Shown here piece by piece: positions 27,819 through 37,714 of a DNA stretch of 64,000 nucleotides (positions within the stretch are counted from its first letter, which is position 1; each line of letters starts with the position of its first letter). Below the pieces are notes generated by a model that searched no databases, was not told the origin of the DNA, and worked only from the letters and a program-made list of their open reading frames with translations. The translations under genes and the position numbers were made by a program. This DNA comes from Minisyncoccota bacterium (GTDB lineage Bacteria; Patescibacteriota; Minisyncoccia; Phycocordibacterales; PALSA-1337): assembly GCA_041662725.1 (NCBI GenBank), contig JBAZRX010000001.1, forward strand, positions 85 through 64,084. The letters are read 5' to 3'.

Positions 27819-28169
27819 TTAGAACTCTAATCCTCCTTCTCTTGCAGAAAGAGCAACCATCTTAATCTTACCTGTATAAAGATACCCTGCACGATCAAAA
27901 ACTACTTTGGTTATTTTAGCGGCCTTGGCTTTCTTGGCAATTTCAAGACCTACCTCTTTAGCACATTCTACGGGTTTTAAACCTTTCATCTTACGAGTAT
28001 CAACAGCAACCAAAGTATGACCCTTATCGTCATTTATAATTTGGGCATAAATATATTTATGAGATTTGAAAACTGCCAAACGAGGTCGTTCTGCTGTACC
28101 ATGAATCTTGGCACGAACACGAGCCTTTCTTCTAGCAAATATTAAATCTTGTTTTTGTAATGTATTCAT
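27819..28169 (-). CDS. rplR: 50S ribosomal protein uL18
   Basis: RPRLAVFKSHKYIYAQII, VVFDRAGYLYTG, AREGGLEF. Confidence 0.95.
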   Translation of the reverse strand: MNTLQKQDLIFARRKARVRAKIHGTAERPRLAVFKSHKYIYAQIINDDKGHTLVAVDTRKMKGLKPVECAKEVGLEIAKKAKAAKITKVVFDRAGYLYTGKIKMVALSAREGGLEF

Positions 28170-28179
28170 ATGCTTAATT

Positions 28180-28713
28180 TTATGCAGCCTTTTTACCTTG
28201 CTTTCTGCGAACAACTTCATCTGAATAATGAACTCCCTTTCCAAGATAAGGTTCTGGTTTCTTCAAAGCTCTAATCTGAGCGGCGAATTGTCCAACTTTT
28301 TCACAATCAATACCTGAAATTGTAACTGTATTTTTCTCAGATGTAATCTTGAGATCTTCTGGGATAGGTACAACAATCTGATGTGAGAAACCGAGTGCTA
28401 AAACCAAATCTTTCCCTTTTATATCAGCCTTATAACCAATACCTTCAATAACAAGTTTCTTTTCATAAGCCTTATTAACACCAGCAATCATATTTTTTAT
28501 ATGAGAAGCATATGTACCCCAAAGAGCTTTTGCTTGAATACTTTCATTTTGTAAGGTAAGCGTAATACCATTTGCATCAATAACAATATTTATGTGTGAC
28601 TTTATAACTTTAGATAAAGTACCGAGAGGACCTTTGATCGTCATAACGCCACCAGAAAAAGACGCTTCTGTTTTAGCTGGCAATACAATAGGTTTTTTTG
28701 CGATGCGTGACAT
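28180..28713 (-). CDS. rplF: 50S ribosomal protein uL6
   Basis: MSRIAKKPI, GIGYK, PEPYLGKG. Confidence 0.96.
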   Translation of the reverse strand: MSRIAKKPIVLPAKTEASFSGGVMTIKGPLGTLSKVIKSHINIVIDANGITLTLQNESIQAKALWGTYASHIKNMIAGVNKAYEKKLVIEGIGYKADIKGKDLVLALGFSHQIVVPIPEDLKITSEKNTVTISGIDCEKVGQFAAQIRALKKPEPYLGKGVHYSDEVVRRKQGKKAA

Positions 28714-28722
28714 ATATTTTTA

Positions 28723-29115
28723 TTACCAAATTCTAAACAAGACTTCTCCACCGACATTATTCTTCTTAGCTTCAACATCGGTCATAATACCTTTTGGAGT
28801 AGAGAGGAAGGTGTTACCAAAGCCACTTCTGTATGAACGAATATCACCAGATCTAACATAAATACGTCTTGATGACTTAGAAATACGTTCTACTCCATGA
28901 ATACGGGCTCCTGTAGCAAAATAAACAAGTCCAATTTCTAATTCCCTTGTAAAAGGCTTACCCTTCTTTTCAATGGTAGAAACGTATCCAGCCTTCTTTA
29001 AAGCATGTGCGACATTTTCAACAAATTTTGATTGGGAAACAATAACAAAAGGCTTTTTAGCATTACTGCTGTTCTTGAGACGAATTATAAAATCTGAAAT
29101 AGGGTCGGTTACCAT
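28723..29115 (-). CDS. rpsH: 30S ribosomal protein uS8
   Basis: [25 protein letters not shown]. Confidence 0.96.
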   Translation of the reverse strand: MVTDPISDFIIRLKNSSNAKKPFVIVSQSKFVENVAHALKKAGYVSTIEKKGKPFTRELEIGLVYFATGARIHGVERISKSSRRIYVRSGDIRSYRSGFGNTFLSTPKGIMTDVEAKKNNVGGEVLFRIW

Positions 29116-29294
29116 GATGATTTTTTTATACCTGGAATATTTCCATTGTTAGCAAATTCACGGAAGCAAATACGACAAAGATCAAAATCTCTCATGTAGC
29201 CATGCTTTCGTCCACATCGGAAACATCGACGAACTACGCGCGACTTAAATTTCGGCTTCTTCTTTGATCTTGCTATAACTGATGTTTTTGCCAT
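29109..29294 (-). CDS. rpsZ: 30S ribosomal protein uS14, short Zn-binding (type Z) form
   Basis: RCFRCGR...LCRICFRE, 61 aa. Confidence 0.95.
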   Translation of the reverse strand: MAKTSVIARSKKKPKFKSRVVRRCFRCGRKHGYMRDFDLCRICFREFANNGNIPGIKKSSW

Positions 29295-29505
29295 TTATTT
29301 TTATTCCTTCGTAGCTCTGCGAAGCGGAGCGTAGTAGGAGATATTTTTGAACAAAACGAGGATTGGTTAGCTATTTACCTTGAGCGAGGGCTACCCTCTA
29401 TCCAAGCTAATCTGCTTCCAATCACTGTATTTCGTACAAATTCCTTAAAAACTAAGGTATTTAAGATACTAGCAGATGAGAGAAAAATGTGCAAATTTTC
29501 TAAAC

Positions 29506-30060
29506 CTATTTCTTCACTTCCTCCCTCTTCAACGGTAATCCTAAATGTTCCAAGAAAGCCAATGTGGTCTTCTTATCTTTTGAAGTAGTAACTATGGTAA
29601 TTGCAAATCCAAAAACGTTTTTCAAATCTTCATCAGATGTTTCTGGAAAAATAGTATGCTCTTTGATACCAAGAGTATAATTACCCATAGCATCAACTGA
29701 ACCACGTGATAATCCACGGAAGTCCTTCGTACGAGGTAAGGCTACATGAACAAGACGATCTAAAAACTCATTCATTCGGCGACCACGAATAGTAATGATA
29801 TAACCAATAGGGTCACCTGTACGTGTCTTGAATGACGCAATAGCTTTCTTTGTAGCACGTACAGCTGGCTTTTGACCTGTAATCTTGGCCAATCTGTCAG
29901 CAATAAGTTCTATTTTGTTCTTATCTTTAACTGATCCAAATCCATTAGAAATAACCACTTTAACTAAACGTGGTGCTTGCATTGGATTCTTAAGATTAAG
30001 TGGGCCTTTTAGAGCCTCAAATGCATTTTTACTTAATTCATTTACAGTTGTGTATGACAT
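29506..30060 (-). CDS. rplE: 50S ribosomal protein uL5
   Basis: ITGQKP, IASFKTR, ALPRTKDFRG, GNYTLGIKEH.IFPE. Confidence 0.96.
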   Translation of the reverse strand: MSYTTVNELSKNAFEALKGPLNLKNPMQAPRLVKVVISNGFGSVKDKNKIELIADRLAKITGQKPAVRATKKAIASFKTRTGDPIGYIITIRGRRMNEFLDRLVHVALPRTKDFRGLSRGSVDAMGNYTLGIKEHTIFPETSDEDLKNVFGFAITIVTTSKDKKTTLAFLEHLGLPLKREEVKK

Positions 30061-30067
30061 GGTGGTT

Positions 30068-30199
30068 AATTAAACAATTCTACGATATAACAATTAGATA
30101 ATTACACAATTCTACAATATGACAATCAAATAGCTATAAATTGTGTTAATTGTTTAATTGTCATATTGTAGAATTGTCATATTGTTTAATTGTTTAATT
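30068..30199. repeat. 8-mer periodic inverted-repeat element (family A) between rplX and rplE
   Basis: ACAATT/ACAATA units followed by their reverse complements; AATTAAACAATT/AATTGTTTAATT ends. Confidence 0.85.
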
Positions 30200-30201
30200 T
30201 T

Positions 30202-30426
30202 TTAATTTTTTTCTGCTAATTTAACTTTTGAAGCACTAAACGGCATTTCTCTAACAACTGTCTGACCTTTTTGTCCTTGCTTCCTAGCACGTTCATGCTT
30301 TTTCACTGTATTCATGCCCTCAATAACAATCTTATTACTACGTGGAAAAGCCCTAACAACCTTGCCGGTTTTACCCTTATCGTCTCCAGATAATATTATG
30401 ACTGTATCTCCTTTTTTGATATGCAT
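30202..30426 (-). CDS. rplX: 50S ribosomal protein uL24 (short)
   Basis: IKKGDTV..LSGDDKGKTGKV (KOW motif). Confidence 0.93.
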   Translation of the reverse strand: MHIKKGDTVIILSGDDKGKTGKVVRAFPRSNKIVIEGMNTVKKHERARKQGQKGQTVVREMPFSASKVKLAEKN

Positions 30427-30473
30427 GATGGTTTATTTAACAATTCTACAATATAACAATTAAACAATTACAA

Positions 30474-30845
30474 TTAAACGATTTCGGCGGCCTTAGAAGC
30501 AATAGTTTTGAAGCCTGCTTCACCGATCTCTCTTGGAATTGGACCGAAGATACGCCCAGCGATTGGCTCTTTCTTCTCCTTTTCAATAATCACAACAGCG
30601 TTTTCATCAAAACGAATATATGAACCATCTTTACGACGTAATGGCTTGGTCTGTCTAACAACAACAGCACGAAGAACATCTTTCTTTTTGATAGCCTTAC
30701 GAGGTTCTGCTTTTTGAACAGAGAGAATAACCATCTCACCAATTTCAGCATATCTCTTGCGACTTGCCCCGAGCACTTTAAAAATACGGCCTATTTTGGC
30801 TCCGGAATTATCAGCAATATTTACTATCGAACGTGGTTGTATCAT
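30474..30845 (-). CDS. rplN: 50S ribosomal protein uL14
   Basis: MIQ...ADNSGAK, IRFDENAVV, RIFGPI.RE. Confidence 0.97.
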   Translation of the reverse strand: MIQPRSIVNIADNSGAKIGRIFKVLGASRKRYAEIGEMVILSVQKAEPRKAIKKKDVLRAVVVRQTKPLRRKDGSYIRFDENAVVIIEKEKKEPIAGRIFGPIPREIGEAGFKTIASKAAEIV

Positions 30846-30847
30846 GG

Positions 30848-31105
30848 TTATGAAATAACTTTAAATGCTTTATTCTTAGAAATCGGCCTGCAAGATTCTA
30901 TTGTAGCTTTATCCCCTATTTTCTTTGTATTACCAACATCGTGTGCCATTAACTTCGTATGTTTGGTTTGAAACTTATGATATTTCTCATGTTTAATAAA
31001 ACGCTCAATTTTGACAATAACTGTATCTTTCATCTTGTCAGAAACAACCACGCCTGAATATGTCTGGCGTCTTGGCTTATTTTCGGTTGTTTGTACTGTT
31101 GTCAT
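30848..31105 (-). CDS. rpsQ: 30S ribosomal protein uS17
   Basis: GVVVSDKMKDT, AHD, I.SCRPISKNK. Confidence 0.95.
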   Translation of the reverse strand: MTTVQTTENKPRRQTYSGVVVSDKMKDTVIVKIERFIKHEKYHKFQTKHTKLMAHDVGNTKKIGDKATIESCRPISKNKAFKVIS

Positions 31106-31133
31106 GTGATTTGTGATATTACTTTAAATTTAC

Positions 31134-31334
31134 CTAATTGTCTATATTCTTTGACCTTAATGTTAAAGATGTCATTATTCTCGCAATATCTTTCTTTATA
31201 TTTCTACCCTGTTTCACATTCTTAGCTTTTGCTCCTGCAGCACCAAAACGGAACACTCTCAAAGATTCACGCTTTTCTGAGAGCATCTTTGTAAGATCTG
31301 GTACTGTTTTAATTGTAATATCTTTCATTTTCAT
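31134..31334 (-). CDS. rpmC: 50S ribosomal protein uL29
   Basis: L..FRF......KN......KKDIARI.T; position between rplP and rpsQ. Confidence 0.88.
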   Translation of the reverse strand: MKMKDITIKTVPDLTKMLSEKRESLRVFRFGAAGAKAKNVKQGRNIKKDIARIMTSLTLRSKNIDN

Positions 31335-31350
31335 ATAATTCTTATGTGTT

Positions 31351-31404
31351 TATTCGTAGATTTGTATATTTGTAGCTCATTCGCATAATTCGTAAATTCG
31401 TAGT
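31351..31404. repeat. ATTCGTAG-type 8-mer array (family B, half element)
   Basis: Shares GTAGCTCATTCGCATAATTCGT (near-identical) with 44655-44743 and 52381-52487. Confidence 0.75.
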
Positions 31405-31830
31405 TTATATTCTAGCAACTATTCTTGATTTAACTGGTAATTTAGTTCCAGCCTTACGAAGTGCTTCACTAGCTATCTCCTGATCAACACCATCAATTTC
31501 AAACATAATACGACCTGGTTTAACTTCAGCGATAAAACCGACTGGATCACCTTTACCTTTACCCATCTTTACTTCAGCTGGCTTCTGAGTATAAGGATGA
31601 TCAGGAAAAATACGAACCCAGACTTTACCAGATTTTGTAGCATAACGTGCCATAACTTTACGTGCAGATTCAATCTGATTAGAAGTAATGCGGGCATAAT
31701 TAACAGCCTTCAATCCATATGAACCAAAAGATACTTTTATACCTCGTGTATCAGCATGAGCAGCCTCCTTGACCGGATGCATACGCATTGTGAACCACTT
31801 TCGATGTTTTACTTTTTTTGGAAATAACAT
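31405..31830 (-). CDS. rplP: 50S ribosomal protein uL16
   Basis: QIESARK, WVRIFPD, MGKGKG, KLPVK. Confidence 0.96.
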   Translation of the reverse strand: MLFPKKVKHRKWFTMRMHPVKEAAHADTRGIKVSFGSYGLKAVNYARITSNQIESARKVMARYATKSGKVWVRIFPDHPYTQKPAEVKMGKGKGDPVGFIAEVKPGRIMFEIDGVDQEIASEALRKAGTKLPVKSRIVARI

Positions 31831-31839
31831 GGTAGTTAA

Positions 31840-32514
31840 TTAACTGTTTTTCTGATCCTTCTTAAATATCTCTCCTTTATAAATCCATACCTTAATTCCA
31901 ATATCTCCGTATGTCATATGGGCCTTCTCGCGAGCAAAATCAATGTCAGCACGCAATGTCTGTAAAGGAATACGTCCACGCTTCATATCTTCGCTTCTAG
32001 CGATCTCTGCCCCTCCCAAGCGACCTCCTAGATGGATTCTTATCCCTTGTACCTCTTTGTTGGCCATAATCTTTTCTACAGATTGCTTCATAACACGACG
32101 GAAAGGTAAGCGCTTTTCCAAAGATTCAGCCACCATCATTGCAACTATAGAAGCATTAGATGCTGGACTGCGTATTTCCTCAATATCAATCTTTAGTTCT
32201 TGATTAGCAATTTCTGCTTTATTTTCACGTAACAAACGCAAAAGTTTCTCACGTAATTTAACAACTCCATCTCCAGCCTTACCTATAAGCATACCTGGTC
32301 TTGAAGTCTTAACAATAACACGCAAAACCTTTTGATTACGTTCTATATCAATTCCACCGAGGAAATTAGCCCTTAAATGTTCTACCAGAAACTCACGAAT
32401 GAGTAAATCTGCCTTGAGAGCAGTACGGTATCCTTTATTCACAAGAAACCAACGACTATTCCAATCGCGGATGATTCCTAATCTATGTGAATATGGGTGA
32501 ACGGTGTGTGACAT
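31840..32514 (-). CDS. rpsC: 30S ribosomal protein uS3
   Basis: HPYSHRLGI...SRW, RPGMLIG, GRLGGAEIARSE, PLQTLRADID, GIKVWI. Confidence 0.96.
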   Translation of the reverse strand: MSHTVHPYSHRLGIIRDWNSRWFLVNKGYRTALKADLLIREFLVEHLRANFLGGIDIERNQKVLRVIVKTSRPGMLIGKAGDGVVKLREKLLRLLRENKAEIANQELKIDIEEIRSPASNASIVAMMVAESLEKRLPFRRVMKQSVEKIMANKEVQGIRIHLGGRLGGAEIARSEDMKRGRIPLQTLRADIDFAREKAHMTYGDIGIKVWIYKGEIFKKDQKNS

Positions 32515-32522
32515 GATAATTA

Positions 32523-32627
32523 AGTTAAAATGCAAAAGTCAAAATGCAAAGTTTAATCGCATTATTTGAAATGCTTGATCTTTTAATATTAAATTTTGTG
32601 TTTAAGTTTTGCATTTTGAGTTATGAA
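32523..32627. repeat. 7-mer periodic inverted-repeat element (family C), copy 2, between rplV and rpsC
   Basis: Reverse complement nearly identical to 20080-20230, including the unique core TTTAATATTAAAAGATCAAGCATTTCAAA. Confidence 0.85.
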
Positions 32628-32966
32628 TTATGGGTTTTTCTTTGAGGCTAAGGTAATGCTCACATGACTAGTTCTCTTTTTGATTGGATGTGCTGAACCA
32701 CGAGAAACTGGCATGCTTCTTTTCATAACAAATCCTTGATCAACACGAATTTCCTTTACAAAAAGATCTGTACTGTCAATTTTGAAATTATTTTTAGCAT
32801 TAGCAACAGCTGAGGCTAAAAGATCGTTTAGAGGACCTCCAGCTTTTTTATCAACATGTGTAAGTATATTATTAGCATCAAAAACGCTTTTACCGCGAAC
32901 CATATTTGCAACAACACGGACCTTACGAGGAGAAATACGATAATTTTTAAGTGAAGCGGTAATCAT
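32628..32966 (-). CDS. rplV: 50S ribosomal protein uL22
   Basis: RISPRKVRVVA, SAVANA, KRTSHVSI. Confidence 0.96.
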   Translation of the reverse strand: MITASLKNYRISPRKVRVVANMVRGKSVFDANNILTHVDKKAGGPLNDLLASAVANAKNNFKIDSTDLFVKEIRVDQGFVMKRSMPVSRGSAHPIKKRTSHVSITLASKKNP

Positions 32967-32975
32967 GGTAGTGGA

Positions 32976-33329
32976 TTATTTCTTTGGTGCGGCGGCAGTA
33001 GTAGCGGCTTCTTTTGCTGATTTAGCGGCAGTCATCTCAGCTTCCTTGGCCTTCAACTCTATCTCCTTCTGCATCTTACCTCCATGTCTTATAAATTTCT
33101 TTGTAGACGAAAATTCACCGAGGCGGTGTCCAACCATGTCCTCGGTTACCAAAACATCTATATGTATCCTTCCGTTATGTACTCCAAAAGTAAAACCCAC
33201 CATTTCTGGTGAAATTTGTGAGCGACGTGCCCATGTTTTTATAGAAGCTGTTGTAGCAGGCTTTTTGCCAGAAATCTTCTTCAAAAGATTTTCATCAACA
33301 TATGGGCCTTTCTTAAGCGATCTTGACAT
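32976..33329 (-). CDS. rpsS: 30S ribosomal protein uS19 with Ala/Lys-rich C-terminal tail
   Basis: [32 protein letters not shown]. Confidence 0.96.
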   Translation of the reverse strand: MSRSLKKGPYVDENLLKKISGKKPATTASIKTWARRSQISPEMVGFTFGVHNGRIHIDVLVTEDMVGHRLGEFSSTKKFIRHGGKMQKEIELKAKEAEMTAAKSAKEAATTAAAPKK

Positions 33330-33349
33330 AAAGTTATAGTATAAAAAAT

Positions 33350-33398
33350 GCTCTAAAGAGCGTTCCTGCATGTTAACAGAGCGGCCTATTGAAGTCAA
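33350..33398 (-). promoter_or_regulatory. Sigma70 promoter plus leader motif restarting the operon at rpsS
   Basis: TTGACT-17bp-TAACAT with extended TG, then ACGCTCTTTAGAGC; paralogous to 37715-37764. Confidence 0.75.
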
Positions 33399-33473
33399 GA
33401 AACCGTGCAGGACTCTTTGTTGTTTTAGAAATCTTATCTATGTTTACTACAATATAGCTTTTTATTGTTTATA

Positions 33474-34325
33474 CTACACATTAACCTTTTTTTCAGTATT
33501 TACAAACATAGAAATCAGAGAGATAAGGAGGTAGATATACCAAGGAATATTAACACCAAAAATAATACCTAGAACAACGTCAATTATAATCGCTAACGTT
33601 ATAGCATATAAGCCTAATTTGAATGCCTGTCTATAAGTTACATCTATCTTACGTACCTTGTTTATTATCCAAAATATGAATGATCCAATCGTAATTGTTA
33701 ATAAATTCACAATAGTGTAAATAAAGAATAGGCCAGCGAAAAAGCCAACAATAATAAATGGAATCACTAATTTTATATATGGCTGTATCTTTGATATCTC
33801 TTCACCAAACTTAACTTTGTCTAATACCATATTAGGTACTGACTTCAAACTTTGAACAGATAGTTTCCCTTTATTGTTGTCTGGATAGACTAGATAATCT
33901 CTTGTAAGAAACGCAAACGTCTTATTATCATCAAATAATTCAGGTGTTAAAGAAGACTTCGTATCTATAACCAAGATATTTTCTGGAATTATTTCTTCCT
34001 CAGTTTTATTACTGAATTTATTAGACAATACTTCAGGAAGAGGAATATAGTATGGTTCTTGAACATTTGTTGATACCTGACCGTCCTGGAAAGTAATCTT
34101 TAATTCTTGTGGAAATGCATTAGTTAATATATCAAATGTTTCCTGAGAAAACACATTACTAATTATTGGAATAACTTGAAAGCATGCAACAATAGCTGTT
34201 ATTATCGTTACAAGTAGAATAAGTTTAAAAAAGTATTTAAATGCTTTTCCGAGACTAGTACTTTTCTGTTCAACATAGAAAGCTGGATTATAAACACTAT
34301 CTTTAATTGTTTTGAATATTGTCAT
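33474..34325 (-). CDS. DUF1189-like membrane protein inserted between rplB and rpsS
   Basis: N-terminal TM, extracytoplasmic domain, several C-terminal TMs with Y...FKLGLYAIT. Confidence 0.6.
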   Translation of the reverse strand: MTIFKTIKDSVYNPAFYVEQKSTSLGKAFKYFFKLILLVTIITAIVACFQVIPIISNVFSQETFDILTNAFPQELKITFQDGQVSTNVQEPYYIPLPEVLSNKFSNKTEEEIIPENILVIDTKSSLTPELFDDNKTFAFLTRDYLVYPDNNKGKLSVQSLKSVPNMVLDKVKFGEEISKIQPYIKLVIPFIIVGFFAGLFFIYTIVNLLTITIGSFIFWIINKVRKIDVTYRQAFKLGLYAITLAIIIDVVLGIIFGVNIPWYIYLLISLISMFVNTEKKVNV

Positions 34326-34513
34326 AAAAATGATTTATTTAAATAAAACCGACTGATTCGATTAAGACTAATTGTAAAACAAATTGATAATTTTAGCTAA
34401 TGATTGAATCATTACTTATGCGTTTAGAGCTTGGTAAATATGTTCTTTCATAACACTTGGTTGTAATTCAAATAATTGCACAATATGACAATTTAACAAT
34501 TAAGCTTGTTTCT

Positions 34514-34677
34514 AGCAAAACCCCACCACACTCATGTTCTAGAGCATTTCGCAGGCGTCGGGGAAATGTAATCCGCATACCTACGACACGACGCCGAGAA
34601 TAGACGGCCTTGCGAGTCTTTCGTTATTCGAGCAAGGCCGATCGTGCTCTAGAACATGAGTGTGGTGGGGTTTTGCT
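34514..34677. repeat. 164-bp element with perfect 33-bp terminal inverted repeats and two internal hairpins (MITE-like or structured RNA)
   Basis: 34514-34546 is the reverse complement of 34645-34677; inner stems GGCGTCG/CGACGCC and CGGCCTTGC/GCAAGGCCG. Confidence 0.8.
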
Positions 34678-34740
34678 TAGAGATGGCGATCTTGCGAGTG
34701 TTATGAAAGAACATATTTACCAAGCTCTATACACGGTATT

Positions 34741-35577
34741 ATGATATTATTAGTTCATATGTTTTATGAACTATTTATTAATGGGTCACCTATTCTTAAT
34801 GGTAATGTTGTTGTCGTATTTACACTTATTTTCTCATTCTTAGCAATAATCTTAGCTCTTATTACCTATACTATTAGAAAGATAAAAGAAAATGAATCAC
34901 AAAAATATGAATTCATTACTATTATCGCTCACAAATTTCGCACACCGTTAACTTCAATAAAATGGCTTGCTTTGTCATTAATACAAAAAGAAACAGACCC
35001 TTATAAAAAACAAGACTTAGAAGATATCAACAAGTCCAATCAAAAACTCATAGATCTTACTGGAACTTTGATAGAATTGACCGAAAACGCTAATTCAAGC
35101 AAAGCTTCATATGTTTTTGAACGATTATCCTTATGTTCCCTAGTGCGTGATGTCTCCGATACATTTAAAGACTCTTTCCATAAGAAAAATATATTCTTTT
35201 CCGTCAGCTGTTCGGAGGAAATTTTTGTTAAAGCTGATAGACCAAGATTGGAATTTGTAATTCAAACTATTTTAGAAAATGCGCGCAATTATACATCTCC
35301 AGGCAAGAATGTTGATGTTTTTGTGTCTCGCTTACATCGCAGAGCTATTATCACTGTAGTAGATCATGGTATAGGCATAGACCAAAAAGATATTTCAAAG
35401 ATTTTTTCAAAATTCTATAGAACTCAAAATGCAAAATCTTTTGATACCGAAGGATTCGGTGTAGGTTTATACCTGGCAAAATCAATTATAAGACATCACC
35501 GAGGTAAAATAGAGATATTTTCTGAAGGAATAGATAAAGGCTCAACTTTCTCAATTGTCTTACCTAAAGTAAAATAA
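34741..35577 (+). CDS. Orphan membrane-anchored histidine kinase (HisKA + HATPase, no evident sensor domain)
   Basis: AHKFRTPL H-box, ENARNY N-box, DHGIGI, FSKFYR, GFGVGLY; no adjacent response regulator. Confidence 0.88.
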   Translation: MILLVHMFYELFINGSPILNGNVVVVFTLIFSFLAIILALITYTIRKIKENESQKYEFITIIAHKFRTPLTSIKWLALSLIQKETDPYKKQDLEDINKSNQKLIDLTGTLIELTENANSSKASYVFERLSLCSLVRDVSDTFKDSFHKKNIFFSVSCSEEIFVKADRPRLEFVIQTILENARNYTSPGKNVDVFVSRLHRRAIITVVDHGIGIDQKDISKIFSKFYRTQNAKSFDTEGFGVGLYLAKSIIRHHRGKIEIFSEGIDKGSTFSIVLPKVK

Positions 35578-35700
35578 TCGACTACTAAATCGTCGAATAC
35601 CGTAAAAATGACACGTATTTACGAGTCTTTGTTCGCTAGAATAAAGAAAAATAGTTTATCAAAAATCTTTTTAGTTGTATTTACGATAGATCTAAGCATT

Positions 35701-36555
35701 TTATACACTACTTCTCATATTCTTTCCTGGCTGGCGTCTGGAAACAACATAAACATTTGAATATTTCTTTGATCGACGTGTTCTCTGACCCTTTCCTGCC
35801 GGTTTACCCCACATGGTCTTCAAACGACGCAAACCACGACCTTGTCTTTGTTCACCACCACCATATGGGTGATCTACGGGGTTCATGGCTGAACCACGTA
35901 CTGTTGGGCGAATACCCATCCAACGTGAACGACCGGCTTTACCTATGTTCACAAGACGAGACTCTTCGTTAGAAACCGCACCGATAGATGCCCAAGAATC
36001 TTCATGAATCTTTCTAACTTCTGTTGATGGCATCTTAATGTGTGTATATCCAGCATCGTTAGCAACTACTTGAGCAAAAGAACCAGCAGAACGAACTAAC
36101 TTTGCACCACTTTTTGGCTTAACTTCAATATTATAAATAAATGTACCGACTGGAATCTTCTTTAAAGGTAAACGATTACCTATTTCAATAGGGGCATTTT
36201 CCGAAACGATAAATGAATTACCAACTTTCATTGTCTTTGGTAAAAGAACATAACGTTTTGCACCATCTTTATAATTTACAATACCGATATAACCAGTACG
36301 AAAAGGATCATACTCAACAGTTTTAACAGTCGCAATAATATCTTTCTTATCATACATAAAATCAATCTCTCTATAGAGTTTCTTGTGTCCTCCACCATGA
36401 TGGCGAGTAGTAATGCGTCCAGCAGAATTGCGTCCCACATCACGTTTCATTCCATGAGTAAGAGACTTGTTTGGTTCTGACACAGTCAAATATTCTTTGA
36501 ACGGTAAAACCGTCATATGTCTCCTTGATTTACTTGTTGGATTAAATGATTTCAT
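35701..36555 (-). CDS. rplB: 50S ribosomal protein uL2
   Basis: GRNSAGRIT, EYDPFR, GKAGRSRW.G.RPTVRGSAMNPVDHP. Confidence 0.97.
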   Translation of the reverse strand: MKSFNPTSKSRRHMTVLPFKEYLTVSEPNKSLTHGMKRDVGRNSAGRITTRHHGGGHKKLYREIDFMYDKKDIIATVKTVEYDPFRTGYIGIVNYKDGAKRYVLLPKTMKVGNSFIVSENAPIEIGNRLPLKKIPVGTFIYNIEVKPKSGAKLVRSAGSFAQVVANDAGYTHIKMPSTEVRKIHEDSWASIGAVSNEESRLVNIGKAGRSRWMGIRPTVRGSAMNPVDHPYGGGEQRQGRGLRRLKTMWGKPAGKGQRTRRSKKYSNVYVVSRRQPGKNMRSSV

Positions 36556-36572
36556 GGTAATTGATTTCTATG

Positions 36573-37034
36573 TTATACAAAGTCAATTTTCTCTCCCTTC
36601 TTTACAGTCACGATAGCCTTACGAATTCCTGATACTGTTCCTTTGCGGCCTTTTACAAAGACCTTTCTTTCTGGTGTATTGATCATAGCAATCTTGACAG
36701 GATTTACCTTGTAAAGAGCGATAATAGCCTTAGAAACCATCATTTTATTAGCATCCTTGGTTACCTTAAATGTATAAACACCACTTTGACTCAAAATACC
36801 AGATTTCTCTGTAATACAAGGACTGATAATAACCGACGCTGTATTTGATGCAGAACCAGAACTGAGTATTGGAGCTGTAATACTTTTTGTTGCAACAGCT
36901 TTTGTTGATTTGGAAGAAACCAATTTTTGAACCTTTTGTTCCTTATATGACCCTTTTTCAGATGCGCTTTTAGTCACCTTGGCTTCTTGCTCAAGCTTCT
37001 CATCTTTTCTTTTTTTAAATCCGAATATTGCCAT
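36573..37034 (-). CDS. rplW: 50S ribosomal protein uL23 with N-terminal extension
   Basis: P.ITEKS, YTFKV, RKAIVT.KKGEKID; position between rplD and rplB. Confidence 0.92.
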   Translation of the reverse strand: MAIFGFKKRKDEKLEQEAKVTKSASEKGSYKEQKVQKLVSSKSTKAVATKSITAPILSSGSASNTASVIISPCITEKSGILSQSGVYTFKVTKDANKMMVSKAIIALYKVNPVKIAMINTPERKVFVKGRKGTVSGIRKAIVTVKKGEKIDFV

Positions 37035-37039
37035 GGTAT

Positions 37040-37702
37040 TTATTTTACTGTCTTAGCGACAAGCATCTTTAAAGAAACTTCTGGGTTAACAATTACTAAA
37101 TAAGTATGATTCAAAATTGATACTGGATTAATATTACGAAATTCTTCTATTGAAATGTTGCCCATATTATTAAAACTCTTTTCAACTGACTCAACCTTCT
37201 TATCCATAGCTATTACTGCAGTATTAATTCTTTTTGTTAAAAGCCTTTCATAACCTTTGATTCCTGCGAGGGCTGAAACAATATTTTTTGCTTCCTTTGT
37301 CTTTGGCTTGGTTATATCTACATTATCAACAAAGATGATTTCCCCTTCTTTAAATTTCTTTGATAAAACAGTAAAAAGAGCCTTAGTTCTGACTTTTTTA
37401 TTGATCTTTCTATCAAAATTCTTATCATTACGAGGACCGTGAGCACCACCACCAACCCATATAGGAGATCTTGATGAGCCATGACGAGCACGTCCAGTAC
37501 CCTTCTGTTTCCAAGGCTTCTTTCCACCTCCACGAACCTCTCCACGAGTCTTTGTATGAGCAATATTGGTACGAGAGTTGGAATTCATAAGACGTACAAC
37601 TTCATGAACTAGATCGGCATTCCAAGGAACACCAAAAATATTCTCTGGTAAAGAAATTTTACCTGTTGATTTACCTATTTGATTGTAGATAGTAGCTTCC
37701 AT
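37040..37702 (-). CDS. rplD: 50S ribosomal protein uL4
   Basis: TKTRGEVRGGGKKPWKQKGTGRARHGS.RSP. Confidence 0.97.
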   Translation of the reverse strand: MEATIYNQIGKSTGKISLPENIFGVPWNADLVHEVVRLMNSNSRTNIAHTKTRGEVRGGGKKPWKQKGTGRARHGSSRSPIWVGGGAHGPRNDKNFDRKINKKVRTKALFTVLSKKFKEGEIIFVDNVDITKPKTKEAKNIVSALAGIKGYERLLTKRINTAVIAMDKKVESVEKSFNNMGNISIEEFRNINPVSILNHTYLVIVNPEVSLKMLVAKTVK

Positions 37703-37714
37703 GAAAGAAAATTG

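Noticed and set aside
30068-30199. CRISPR array
   Set aside because: Units are 7-8 bp, degenerate and inverted, with no unique spacers and no cas genes
34547-34644. Hammerhead ribozyme
   Set aside because: A three-way junction is present, but there is no CUGANGA core on either strand
37441-37460. Possible one-residue deletion in the uL4 loop (WVGGGAHGP)
   Set aside because: Cannot be distinguished from normal lineage variation without an alignment
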